This document shows, piece after piece, positions 17,574 through 26,099 of a DNA stretch of 32,000 nucleotides. The stretch is from the NCBI GenBank assembly GCA_030668875.1, contig DAOVER010000011.1:30001-62000 (forward strand). Reading direction: 5' to 3'. Both the position numbers and the translations under genes were made by a program. Under the pieces are notes generated by a model. That model was not told the DNA's origin, searched no databases, and worked only from the letters and a program-made list of their open reading frames with translations. Source of the stretch: Candidatus Heimdallarchaeota archaeon. Its GTDB lineage: Archaea; Asgardarchaeota; Heimdallarchaeia; Heimdallarchaeales; Heimdallarchaeaceae. Position 1 is the first letter of the stretch. Each line of letters begins with the position of its first letter.

Positions 17574-19286
17574 ATGGTACAAAAAGTTGTAATTGTTGGT
17601 GGTGTTGCCGGTGGTGCATCTACAGCCACCAGATTGAGAAGATTGGATGAATTTGCAGAGATAATAATCTTGGAACGAGGACCGTATGTTAGTTTTGCTA
17701 ATTGTGGTCTTCCGTACTATGTTGGAAGAATTATCAAGACACAAGATGCTTTAGTTCTTCAAACCCCAGCAGATTTTCTGAACAAATTTAATATTGATGT
17801 TAGGGTCAATAATGAGGCTATATCAATAGATCGAAATAAAAAAGAAGTTCTTGTAAAGAATCTTCAAGATGGCGAGGAATACAAACTTCCCTATGATAAA
17901 CTGGTTCTGTCTCCAGGAGCAGAACCAATAAGACCAGGATTTGAAGGAATAGATACAATACCTGTTTTTACTTTAAGGAATATTCCTGATACTAAGAAAA
18001 TCGAGGAATTTATCAGCACTAAAAATCCAACATCAGCTGTTGTAATAGGTGGAGGTTATATTGGTTTAGAAATGGCTGAAAATCTATCTCATAGAGGAAT
18101 CAGGGTTACAGTTGTTGAGTTATTAGATCAGGTTCTACCTACTTTTGATAAAGAAATGGCTCAGTTCATAAATAATGAAATTATTCTAAACAGGATTAAA
18201 CTTGTTCTTGCTGATGGAGTGAAATCATTCTGTGAAAATCCAAAAGGAAGTGTAGGACAATATAATGTTTGTACACAGAGTGGACAAAACCTCGAAGCTG
18301 ATCTTATTATTCTCTCTATAGGAGTCAGACCAGAGTCTCAGTTAGCAAAAGATGCTGGTTTAGAGTTAACAGATAGAGGTTTCATAGTTGTGGATAAACA
18401 CATGCAAACTTCTGATGAAGATATTTATGCTGTTGGTGATGTAATTCAAATAACCAATTATATTACTAATGAATTTACTGTTGCTCCTCTTGCTGGTCCA
18501 GCAAATAGGCAAGGAAGAATAGCAGCTGATAATCTCGCAGGTAGAGATTCAGAATACAAAGGAGTTTTAGGCACAGCAGTTTTACAATTGTTCAGTCAAA
18601 CAGCAGCTCAAACAGGACTTACAGAGAAACAATTAGTTAAAACAGACATCAAATTTGAAAAAATGTATGTACATCCAAAAAACCATGCAGGATATTACCC
18701 CGAAGCTTTTCCAATTCACATGAAGCTATTATATAATATAGATGATGGAAAAATTCTTGGAGCTCAAGCAATTGGTGGAGCAGGTACAGAGAAAAGAATA
18801 GATGTCATTGCAACAGTTATTTACTACGGTGGAACTATTTATGATCTTCAAGATTTAGAACTTAGTTATGCTCCTCCATTCGGAAGTGCAAGAGATGCTG
18901 TAAATATGGTAGGATTTGCTGCTTCAAATGTGCATATGGGTGATGTTAAATTATGGCATTGGCATGATGCAGAGAAAATCTCTAAAGAAGATTGTACTAT
19001 CATAGATGTTCGTCCTCCTGAAGATCATGAAGCTGGTACTTTACCTGGTGCAATTAATATCCCACTAGGACAGATACGGTCAAGGTTAAATGAGATACCA
19101 AAAGATAAGCCAGTTTATGTCCATTGTATGGTCGGTTTCTCCTCATATATAGCCTACAGAATTCTTCAAGCTAATGGATATAATGTTAGAAACCTAGCTG
19201 GTGGCTATCAAACATATCAAATGGCTAATTTACCACCTGGTGGTCATGTCGGCGAACTAAAGCCATACGATCCACAAAGACACTAA
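17574..19286 (+). CDS. cdr: CoA-disulfide reductase-like flavoprotein with C-terminal rhodanese domain (Cdr/Npsr type)
   Basis: IVGGVAGG, SFANCGLPY (redox Cys), VIGGGYIGLEMAE, YAVGD, SYAPPF; rhodanese part IIDVR...GAINIP...VHCMVG...NLAGGY. Confidence 0.92.
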   Translation: MVQKVVIVGGVAGGASTATRLRRLDEFAEIIILERGPYVSFANCGLPYYVGRIIKTQDALVLQTPADFLNKFNIDVRVNNEAISIDRNKKEVLVKNLQDGEEYKLPYDKLVLSPGAEPIRPGFEGIDTIPVFTLRNIPDTKKIEEFISTKNPTSAVVIGGGYIGLEMAENLSHRGIRVTVVELLDQVLPTFDKEMAQFINNEIILNRIKLVLADGVKSFCENPKGSVGQYNVCTQSGQNLEADLIILSIGVRPESQLAKDAGLELTDRGFIVVDKHMQTSDEDIYAVGDVIQITNYITNEFTVAPLAGPANRQGRIAADNLAGRDSEYKGVLGTAVLQLFSQTAAQTGLTEKQLVKTDIKFEKMYVHPKNHAGYYPEAFPIHMKLLYNIDDGKILGAQAIGGAGTEKRIDVIATVIYYGGTIYDLQDLELSYAPPFGSARDAVNMVGFAASNVHMGDVKLWHWHDAEKISKEDCTIIDVRPPEDHEAGTLPGAINIPLGQIRSRLNEIPKDKPVYVHCMVGFSSYIAYRILQANGYNVRNLAGGYQTYQMANLPPGGHVGELKPYDPQRH

Positions 19287-19315
19287 CCTTCTCTTTTTCT
19301 TCCTTTTTTCTTTCT
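19287..19315 (+). terminator. Pyrimidine/T-tract putative terminator
   Basis: ccttctctttttcttccttttttctttct after the cdr stop. Confidence 0.55.
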
Positions 19316-19466
19316 GTTAATAACCGGTAATAATACTCAGTCTATGTTAATTGTTTTAGTTATTCATTATATTTAATAGGAATAAGATAATTATTATAGC
19401 TATTCATTATTTTAAACAAAACAGTGTTATATTAATAGTTTTTATTTCCATGTTATCTACAAATAC

Positions 19467-19474
19467 TTTATATA
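19467..19474 (+). promoter_or_regulatory. TATA box of the hydrogenase operon (probably leaderless)
   Basis: tttatata ends 25 bp before ATG 19499. Confidence 0.55.
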
Positions 19475-19498
19475 TTCTACAATATTTTCAAAATTATA

Positions 19499-20542
19499 AT
19501 GAAGACTTATAAAATGCCAAAAAATGTGTTTCCTGACTTCATTGAGTTAATCAAAACAAAAGGGAAACTGTTTGGACCAGTTAAGCAAAAGAGTAAATAT
19601 TCTTTTGAAGAAATCAGTGATGTGCAAGATCTTGATTTTGACTACCAACGAACAGTTTTAGGAGTGAAAAAATTCTTAACTCCTCCAAGATACAAGACCT
19701 TAAGCTTCGACAAAGAAGGTACAAAGGACATTATTGACGAGCCTGAAACAAATATCGTTATAGGGGTACATCCTTGTGATATTCATGCCATTAAAATCTT
19801 GGATAGACTTTTCCTGGGTAATATAATAGATCCATACTATGCAAGTAAAAGAGAGAATTTGACAATTATCGGTCATTCTTGTCTTCCAGATGACAAGTGT
19901 TTGTGCCAATCAACTGGAACAGATATGGTTGAGGATGGATTTGATCTCTTCTTAACAGAGTTAGAAGAATATTATTTAGTTTGGGTTGGTTCCGATAAAG
20001 GACTTGCTCTTACAATAGCAGCTGGTGATTTACTTTCTGAAGATATTTCAGACGAAAGTATAAGGGAATATGTTAGATGGCAACAAAAGCGTTCATCAAT
20101 GTTCAAAGCTGTTATGCCTTCATTCAAGTATATGGCAGACATTATTACTTTAAACTATGACAGTGAAATATGGGAGCAATTTGGAGAAAAATGTTTGTCT
20201 TGCGGGACTTGCAGTTTAGTATGTCCTACATGCAATTGTTTCAATGTCGATGACAAAATTCTAATGAATGCAGAGGAAGGGTTCCGTGAAAGAATGTTAG
20301 ATAGCTGTACTTTACCATATTATTCAATGGTAGCAGGAGATCATGACTTTAGACCAGATAGAACAACAAGGTTGAAATTATATTATACTCATAAACTCAA
20401 AGAATACATTGGACGATGGGGTCAACCTGGTTGTGTCGGGTGCGGACGATGTGTAACATATTGTCCCGTTGATATTAACGTAATAACTGTCTCTGAAGCA
20501 CTGTTTGGAGAAGTTTGTGATACCAAAGAGGTGTGTGAATAA
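19499..20542 (+). CDS. hydB: Group 3b [NiFe] sulfhydrogenase beta subunit (Fe-S, AsrA-like)
   Basis: GVHPCD, CLSCGTCSLVCPTCNCF, CVGCGRCVTYCP; first gene of the operon. Confidence 0.9.
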   Translation: MKTYKMPKNVFPDFIELIKTKGKLFGPVKQKSKYSFEEISDVQDLDFDYQRTVLGVKKFLTPPRYKTLSFDKEGTKDIIDEPETNIVIGVHPCDIHAIKILDRLFLGNIIDPYYASKRENLTIIGHSCLPDDKCLCQSTGTDMVEDGFDLFLTELEEYYLVWVGSDKGLALTIAAGDLLSEDISDESIREYVRWQQKRSSMFKAVMPSFKYMADIITLNYDSEIWEQFGEKCLSCGTCSLVCPTCNCFNVDDKILMNAEEGFRERMLDSCTLPYYSMVAGDHDFRPDRTTRLKLYYTHKLKEYIGRWGQPGCVGCGRCVTYCPVDINVITVSEALFGEVCDTKEVCE

Positions 20543-21402
20543 TGATTGATGGAAAGAAATCAAAAATCGAAAATACATATAAATCACATCCTGTAGAAAT
20601 ATTAGGAATTAAGGATTTAACCAGTGATACTCGATACTTCAAAGTCAGATTTATGGATGAAGAAATGAAAAAACAATTTGTATACAAACCAGGTCAGTTT
20701 GTTATATTTTCAATCCCAGGACTTGGAGAAGCAACATTTTCTATATCTTCTCCACCTACAAGAAGGGATTTCATAGAGTTTGGTATTAGACGAGTAGGAT
20801 CATTTACTGAAGCGTATTTCAAACTTAAAGAAGGAGATACTTTTGAGATGAGAGGACCTTATGGTAATGGTTTTGATATGGAGAGCTTACAAGGAAGAGA
20901 CCTTATTATTATAGCTGGTGGGTTAGGAGCAGTTCCATTAAGATCTGCATTGTTATATGCTGAAGATAGACGAGAAGATTTCAATCAAGTATTCTTCTTA
21001 AATGGTGCTCGTTCTCCAGAGGATATGCTCTTCAGAGAGGATTTCAAGGCGATGGCAGCAAGAGGTATTCTTGACACAAGACTTTCAGTTGATGAAGATC
21101 CTACAGGAGAATGGCCTTATGAAGTAGGTTTTGTAACAGCTTTGATTCCTAAATTAGCAGAAAAAATCAATCCTGAAAACACTACAGCTTTAATATGCGG
21201 ACCTCCTATAATGTATAAGTTTGTTATTCAAGAATTATTAAAAATAAATGTTCCTAAAGACCAAATCCTGATGACTTTAGAAAGAAGAATGAAATGTGGT
21301 CAAGGACATTGTGGTCATTGTGCAATAGGTGGGAGATATACCTGTTTAGATGGGCCAATCTTTACGTATTATGATGTACAACATATAAAGGAGTTAATCT
21401 AA
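20542..21402 (+). CDS. hydG: Group 3b sulfhydrogenase gamma subunit (FAD/NAD(P), 2Fe-2S)
   Basis: PGQFV, FSISS, RGPYGNGF, IAGGLG, ICGPPIM, LERRMKCGQGHCGHC, TCLDGP. Confidence 0.92.
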   Translation: MIDGKKSKIENTYKSHPVEILGIKDLTSDTRYFKVRFMDEEMKKQFVYKPGQFVIFSIPGLGEATFSISSPPTRRDFIEFGIRRVGSFTEAYFKLKEGDTFEMRGPYGNGFDMESLQGRDLIIIAGGLGAVPLRSALLYAEDRREDFNQVFFLNGARSPEDMLFREDFKAMAARGILDTRLSVDEDPTGEWPYEVGFVTALIPKLAEKINPENTTALICGPPIMYKFVIQELLKINVPKDQILMTLERRMKCGQGHCGHCAIGGRYTCLDGPIFTYYDVQHIKELI

Positions 21403-21403
21403 A

Positions 21404-22195
21404 ATGTGGAAAAGAGAAAAGAAGCCTATTGTTGGTGTTTTTGGTTTTTCTGGGTGTGCTGGTGATCAATTAGCTATACTTCACATGGAAGACAGTACAA
21501 TTGATTTCTTTACAAGCGCAGATATCAAATTCTTCCATATGGCTCAATCTCATCAAGAAGTTCCAAAAATGGATATTGCCCTTGTTGAAGGAAGTATAAA
21601 CACTCAAAGGCAACTAAGAGAATTAAAAGAAATTCGCGAAATGGCAGATATTGTTGTAGCACTAGGCACATGTGCTTGTTATGGTGGAATACAATATCTC
21701 GGAGAAGATGAAGAAACATTCAAAGAAAGAATGAAGTATGTTTACGGTAAAAGCGGAGAAGTTCCAGAATTTTTAGATCTTGTAGGAAAACCCAAGCCGG
21801 CTCAACCAATCAGTGATTTCATTGATGTTGATATCATGATTCCAGGCTGTCCTATTTCTGCAGAAAACTTTGTGCCAATTTATACAAAATTGATCAGTGG
21901 GTTATTACCTCAGAAGTATCCTATGCCAGTTTGTGTTGAATGTAAATATGAAGGAAACGATTGTTTCTTACTCCATGGAAAGTACTGTTTAGGACCAGTA
22001 ACCTCAGCAGGTTGTAATGCTATCTGTCCCAGCATGGATATTTCCTGTGTTGGATGTTTTGGTACATATGAAGGTGCAAATTATCCTTCCATGATTAGCA
22101 AACTGAAGGAAATTGGTTTAACTGAAGAAGAAGCAATAAGAAAATTGAAGCTGTTTGGCGGTAATAAAGTCGAACAAGCGTTAAAAGGTGATTGA
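21404..22195 (+). CDS. hydD: Group 3b [NiFe] hydrogenase small (delta) subunit
   Basis: GCAGDQ, VEGS, ALGTCACYGG, IPGCP, VCVEC, CLGPVT.AGCNAICP, CVGCFG. Confidence 0.92.
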   Translation: MWKREKKPIVGVFGFSGCAGDQLAILHMEDSTIDFFTSADIKFFHMAQSHQEVPKMDIALVEGSINTQRQLRELKEIREMADIVVALGTCACYGGIQYLGEDEETFKERMKYVYGKSGEVPEFLDLVGKPKPAQPISDFIDVDIMIPGCPISAENFVPIYTKLISGLLPQKYPMPVCVECKYEGNDCFLLHGKYCLGPVTSAGCNAICPSMDISCVGCFGTYEGANYPSMISKLKEIGLTEEEAIRKLKLFGGNKVEQALKGD

Positions 22196-22197
22196 AA

Positions 22198-23484
22198 ATG
22201 GCTGAAAAAACAATAAGTGTCGATGTTATTTCCAGGGTAGAAGGAGACGGTGGAATTCAAGTCTTTACCAAAGATGGCAAAGTGGATAAAGTCCTAGTTG
22301 ATATTTTTGAAGGACCACGTATGATTGAAGCTCTTGTAAGAGGAAAAACATACCAAGAAAATCTTTCCTTAGTCTCACGTATCTGTGCAATATGTACAGT
22401 TTCTCATCGAAATGTTTCAATTAAAGCAATTGAAAAAGCTCTAAAGGTAAAGGTTCCTGAGAAGGTTAAACTACTTAGAGAACTTATGCATCTTGCTGAA
22501 TATGTAGAATCACACATTTTACATGTTTATTATCTTGCTATACCTGATTTCTTCAAGCAACCATCTGCAATAGCATTAATACCAACTCATGGTGAAACTG
22601 TTATCCAAGCAGTTACAATGAAAAAGTATGGTACAGAATTAATGCAACTTCTTATGGGTAGAAAGATACATGGAGAGAATCCTCAAATTGGTGGATTTGG
22701 ACGAATACCAACAAACGAAGAATTAGACAAATTCCTTGAAAACGCTGCTGAGTATCAATCCTGGGTATCAGCTATTATTGATCTAATGGCAACATTACCC
22801 ATACCAGAATATGGTGTTAGAGATACTACATTCATGTGTTGTAATCCTGCAGATGGTAAATTTGGTTTTGAGGGTGACACAATTCTTATCTCTACAGGAG
22901 AAGAATATCCAGTAGAAGATTATAAGAATATGACAAATGAAAGAGTTGTTTCTCATAGCTATGCTAAACGTTCAAAATATCAAGACAAATCATTTTCAGT
23001 TAGTGCTCTTGCAAGACTTGCGCTAATTGGTGATAGATTAACAGGTGAAGCAAAAGAGAAGTATGATAAATATTTCAACGAAAGCTGGAAGTCAAATCCG
23101 ATATATAATAACTTGTGTCAGGCAATTGAAGCGCTCTGGGCTTTTGAACAGATACCAATCCTCATCGAAAAAATCAAAGTTTTGCCCGATCAAGAAATGG
23201 CTGTTCCTGAGGTATTAGATGGTACTGCAACAGCTGCAGTTGAAGCTCCACGAGGTACTTTATATCATACATATGAAATCAAGGATGGAATAATTGTCAA
23301 TGCAGATATCATTACACCTACAGCTCAATTCCTTGATGATATTGAAAAATACATTTGGGTAGCAGCAGAGAAATTATTAGCAGAAGACAATCCTGATACT
23401 GAACTTCATTTGGAAATGATTGCTAGGTCATATGACCCTTGCATATCATGTAGTTGTCATATGGTAAAACTGGTGAAAGAGTAA
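22198..23484 (+). CDS. hydA: Group 3b [NiFe] hydrogenase large (alpha) subunit
   Basis: RVEG, L1 RICAIC, EAPRG, L2 DPCISCSCH followed by a 7-aa cleavable tail (MVKLVKE). AGGTGA SD precedes ATG 22198. Confidence 0.95.
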   Translation: MAEKTISVDVISRVEGDGGIQVFTKDGKVDKVLVDIFEGPRMIEALVRGKTYQENLSLVSRICAICTVSHRNVSIKAIEKALKVKVPEKVKLLRELMHLAEYVESHILHVYYLAIPDFFKQPSAIALIPTHGETVIQAVTMKKYGTELMQLLMGRKIHGENPQIGGFGRIPTNEELDKFLENAAEYQSWVSAIIDLMATLPIPEYGVRDTTFMCCNPADGKFGFEGDTILISTGEEYPVEDYKNMTNERVVSHSYAKRSKYQDKSFSVSALARLALIGDRLTGEAKEKYDKYFNESWKSNPIYNNLCQAIEALWAFEQIPILIEKIKVLPDQEMAVPEVLDGTATAAVEAPRGTLYHTYEIKDGIIVNADIITPTAQFLDDIEKYIWVAAEKLLAEDNPDTELHLEMIARSYDPCISCSCHMVKLVKE

Positions 23485-23949
23485 TTGTCTATCTCCCTTC
23501 CTTTTTTTAATTCATCTGAAATCGAAAAATACGCCTTCATTTGTTTAGGTAATATTGATAGAGCAGATGATGCATTTGGCATATTAGTAGGTGAAAAACT
23601 TAAAGGAAAATACCCAGAAAATGTTTTCTCTGAGCTAGATAACGATTTGTCTGTTTTTCTTTTTGATTTGATTGAAAATAAGCAAGTACAGCATGTTTTT
23701 CTCATTGATGCTGTAGATTTCAATGGTGAACATGGTGAAATCATCGTAAAAGAAGATTTTGACACAAAAATAACACAAATATCAACTCATACTATCCCCT
23801 ATAAACAAATCAAGAACATTATTGAAGTGAAAGGTAAGAAATTTCAACTTATCGGAGCCCAAGTAAAGGATTTAACTTTTTTGGGAGAAGTTTCAACAGA
23901 GATTCTGGACGCAGTTGAAAAAGTAGTCGAGTTTTTCATTAAAGATTAA
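23485..23949 (+). CDS. hycI: Hydrogenase maturation endopeptidase (HycI/HybD family)
   Basis: CLGNIDRADDAFG, LIDAVDF, STHTIP; directly after hydA. TTG start uncertain. Confidence 0.88.
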   Translation: MSISLPFFNSSEIEKYAFICLGNIDRADDAFGILVGEKLKGKYPENVFSELDNDLSVFLFDLIENKQVQHVFLIDAVDFNGEHGEIIVKEDFDTKITQISTHTIPYKQIKNIIEVKGKKFQLIGAQVKDLTFLGEVSTEILDAVEKVVEFFIKD

Positions 23950-23983
23950 ACATTTTTATATTACTAACGATTTTTTTATTAAT

Positions 23984-25348
23984 TTGCAATCAGATAAAAA
24001 AAAACGAACTTTCAACGTTTTATCATATGTTTCATTAGCAGTTTCAGGTGCTATACTCATTAATTTCTTTAATACGAGAATTTACAATTTTTATACTGAT
24101 GAAGTAAAACTAAATATTTTCTATATTCCGATTGTTATGACCATTTATGCTATATGGAATGCTGTTAATGACCCACTATTTGGTTGGCTATCAGATAAAA
24201 CACGATCTAGATTTGGAAGGAGATTCCCCTATATTTTATTTGGGTTTATACCCCTAACAATAGCTTTTGTAGCTATTTGGTTTATACCAATATCCTTAGT
24301 AGAAAGTCTAAATCAGGTAAAGATCTTTCTCTATATGCTTACAACTCTACTTATCTTTGATACATTATACACAATTGTAATACTTAACTGGCAGACATTA
24401 TATGCGGAGAAATTTAAAACAACAAAAGAGAGAAACTTTGTTGCTGCATTGAGACAACTGATAGCTGTTATTGGTGTAGTAATATCAGTTGTTGTTAGCC
24501 CGTTGATTTTTGAATACAACAATCTTGAATCCTATCGTAAAGCCATTTTAATTATCGCAGGTTTTGTTCTATTAGGTTTTATTTTATCTCTATATGGATG
24601 TAGGGATAAAGAAATAATGAAAACCATTAAACCTCAAAGTGAATCATATTTAACTGAATTGAAGGAAGTTCTGAAAAACAAGAATTATATTGCTTTCCTT
24701 TTTGCTTTTTGTTTTGCAAATATTGCTTATCTGACTCTTCTAGCCATGGTTCCTTATTATAATAAATGGATACTAAATCAACCAGCAAAATTCGAAAGCT
24801 ACATCTATGGAGCTGGAGTTGTAACTACTGCAATTTTCTTCATTGTTTGGGCAAGAGTGTCATTTAAAAAGGGTCCAAAGTTTGTTTTTATTACTAGTGC
24901 TTTACTCTTTTCGTTATTATTAATACCATTGTTCTTCTTTACTAGTGATGTAAGCACTATTGTCCTTATGGGGATAATTGGTGCTCCTTTAGCTGGAATG
25001 ATGCTCATTCCAGAGGTTCTGATAGGAGAAATCATCGATGAAGACTATCATAAATATGGCAAAAACAGAGAAGGTATTTTCTTCGGTTTTTATGGTTTTG
25101 CTGTACGAATTGCAATGATCTTGGAATCTTCAGTGATTTCTTTGATACTTGGATTGACAGATTACAATTCAAATGCATACAAACAAACTGAAACTGCAAT
25201 AATTGGAATTAAACTGCTTATCGTAGTTGTACCAATAATTTGTTTTGTTATTGGTATCATTCTACTGGCAAGTTTCTATGATCTTTCAAAAAAGAAAATC
25301 GTGAGGGAAAGAGCGAAGCAATCAGATATGGATTTAGAAATAGACTGA
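23984..25348 (+). CDS. MFS transporter, GPH (Na+/melibiose symporter-like) family
   Basis: IWNAVNDPLFGWLSDKTRSRFGRRFPYILFG, EIIDED...REGIFFG, about 12 TM segments. Confidence 0.9.
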   Translation: MQSDKKKRTFNVLSYVSLAVSGAILINFFNTRIYNFYTDEVKLNIFYIPIVMTIYAIWNAVNDPLFGWLSDKTRSRFGRRFPYILFGFIPLTIAFVAIWFIPISLVESLNQVKIFLYMLTTLLIFDTLYTIVILNWQTLYAEKFKTTKERNFVAALRQLIAVIGVVISVVVSPLIFEYNNLESYRKAILIIAGFVLLGFILSLYGCRDKEIMKTIKPQSESYLTELKEVLKNKNYIAFLFAFCFANIAYLTLLAMVPYYNKWILNQPAKFESYIYGAGVVTTAIFFIVWARVSFKKGPKFVFITSALLFSLLLIPLFFFTSDVSTIVLMGIIGAPLAGMMLIPEVLIGEIIDEDYHKYGKNREGIFFGFYGFAVRIAMILESSVISLILGLTDYNSNAYKQTETAIIGIKLLIVVVPIICFVIGIILLASFYDLSKKKIVRERAKQSDMDLEID

Positions 25349-25373
25349 TTTCAGTTGATTCAATAGTAATCAA

Positions 25374-26099
25374 TTAAACAAAGAAATTAAGAGTCCCATA
25401 ATAATTGAAGATAATGAATAAAGTAAGGAAAGTTACCCAAATGACCAATCTACTTACATCCATCCAAGTAATCTTTATTTTTCTGTAATGAGTTCTTTTT
25501 TGAATACCAAATCCTCTGAAATAAAGTGATTGAGCTAAGAACTCTGATCTATAAATTACAGAAGCAATGAGTATAGCTAATGTTTTTGGTAACCAACGGT
25601 AAAACCCTCCTTGAATTTCGCCTCTTAAACGTAAAGCAGTGAATGTATCTTCTGAATCTTTTGCAATTCGAGGAATTATTACTAGAGCTAATGAAGGTAT
25701 TAGAGCAGCCTTTGAACTAATGTACAGTTTTTCCAACGATCTAGTTAGATCTGATGGATTGGTTGAAGTAAAGAAAAATGAAAAACCTATTGCTCCAATA
25801 AAGAATCTAGATAGTACTCGAAAACATAAAATCCATCCACCAAAAAGAAAGGTTAAACCACCAAGAATTATGATCACAGGTAGGAGTGACCATAGAATGC
25901 TAAGTGATCCCCTGATATTTCTAAAGATTACACTCTCAAAAATAACAAATGTTAGGAGAAGAGCAAGAGACCAATTGATATTAGGTATTAGAAAACCAAA
26001 TTGGAGTAGAATGATTGTTAAGCCAAGTAAAGGATGGATTTGAAATCGGTCGGGCTTAAACAGAAATCCATCATATATTCTTCTCAACATAAAAGACAT
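25374..26099 (-). CDS. ecfT: ECF transporter transmembrane T component
   Basis: TNPSDLTRSLEKL, ALRLRG, SLYFRGFG (the two Arg motifs); downstream of the ECF ATPase. Confidence 0.88.
   Translation of the reverse strand: MSFMLRRIYDGFLFKPDRFQIHPLLGLTIILLQFGFLIPNINWSLALLLTFVIFESVIFRNIRGSLSILWSLLPVIIILGGLTFLFGGWILCFRVLSRFFIGAIGFSFFFTSTNPSDLTRSLEKLYISSKAALIPSLALVIIPRIAKDSEDTFTALRLRGEIQGGFYRWLPKTLAILIASVIYRSEFLAQSLYFRGFGIQKRTHYRKIKITWMDVSRLVIWVTFLTLFIIFNYYGTLNFFV

Noticed and set aside
19316-19324. GTTaatAAC, matching the Thermococcales SurR box (GTT-N3-AAC) between cdr and hydB
   Set aside because: A single short match without the extended N5-GTT part, far from the TATA box, plausible by chance in AT-rich DNA; no SurR gene is in the window.
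22198-23484. Possible selenocysteine ([NiFeSe]) hydrogenase or TGA readthrough
   Set aside because: L1 and L2 ligands are all ordinary Cys codons, and no gene shows an in-frame TGA interrupting a conserved domain.
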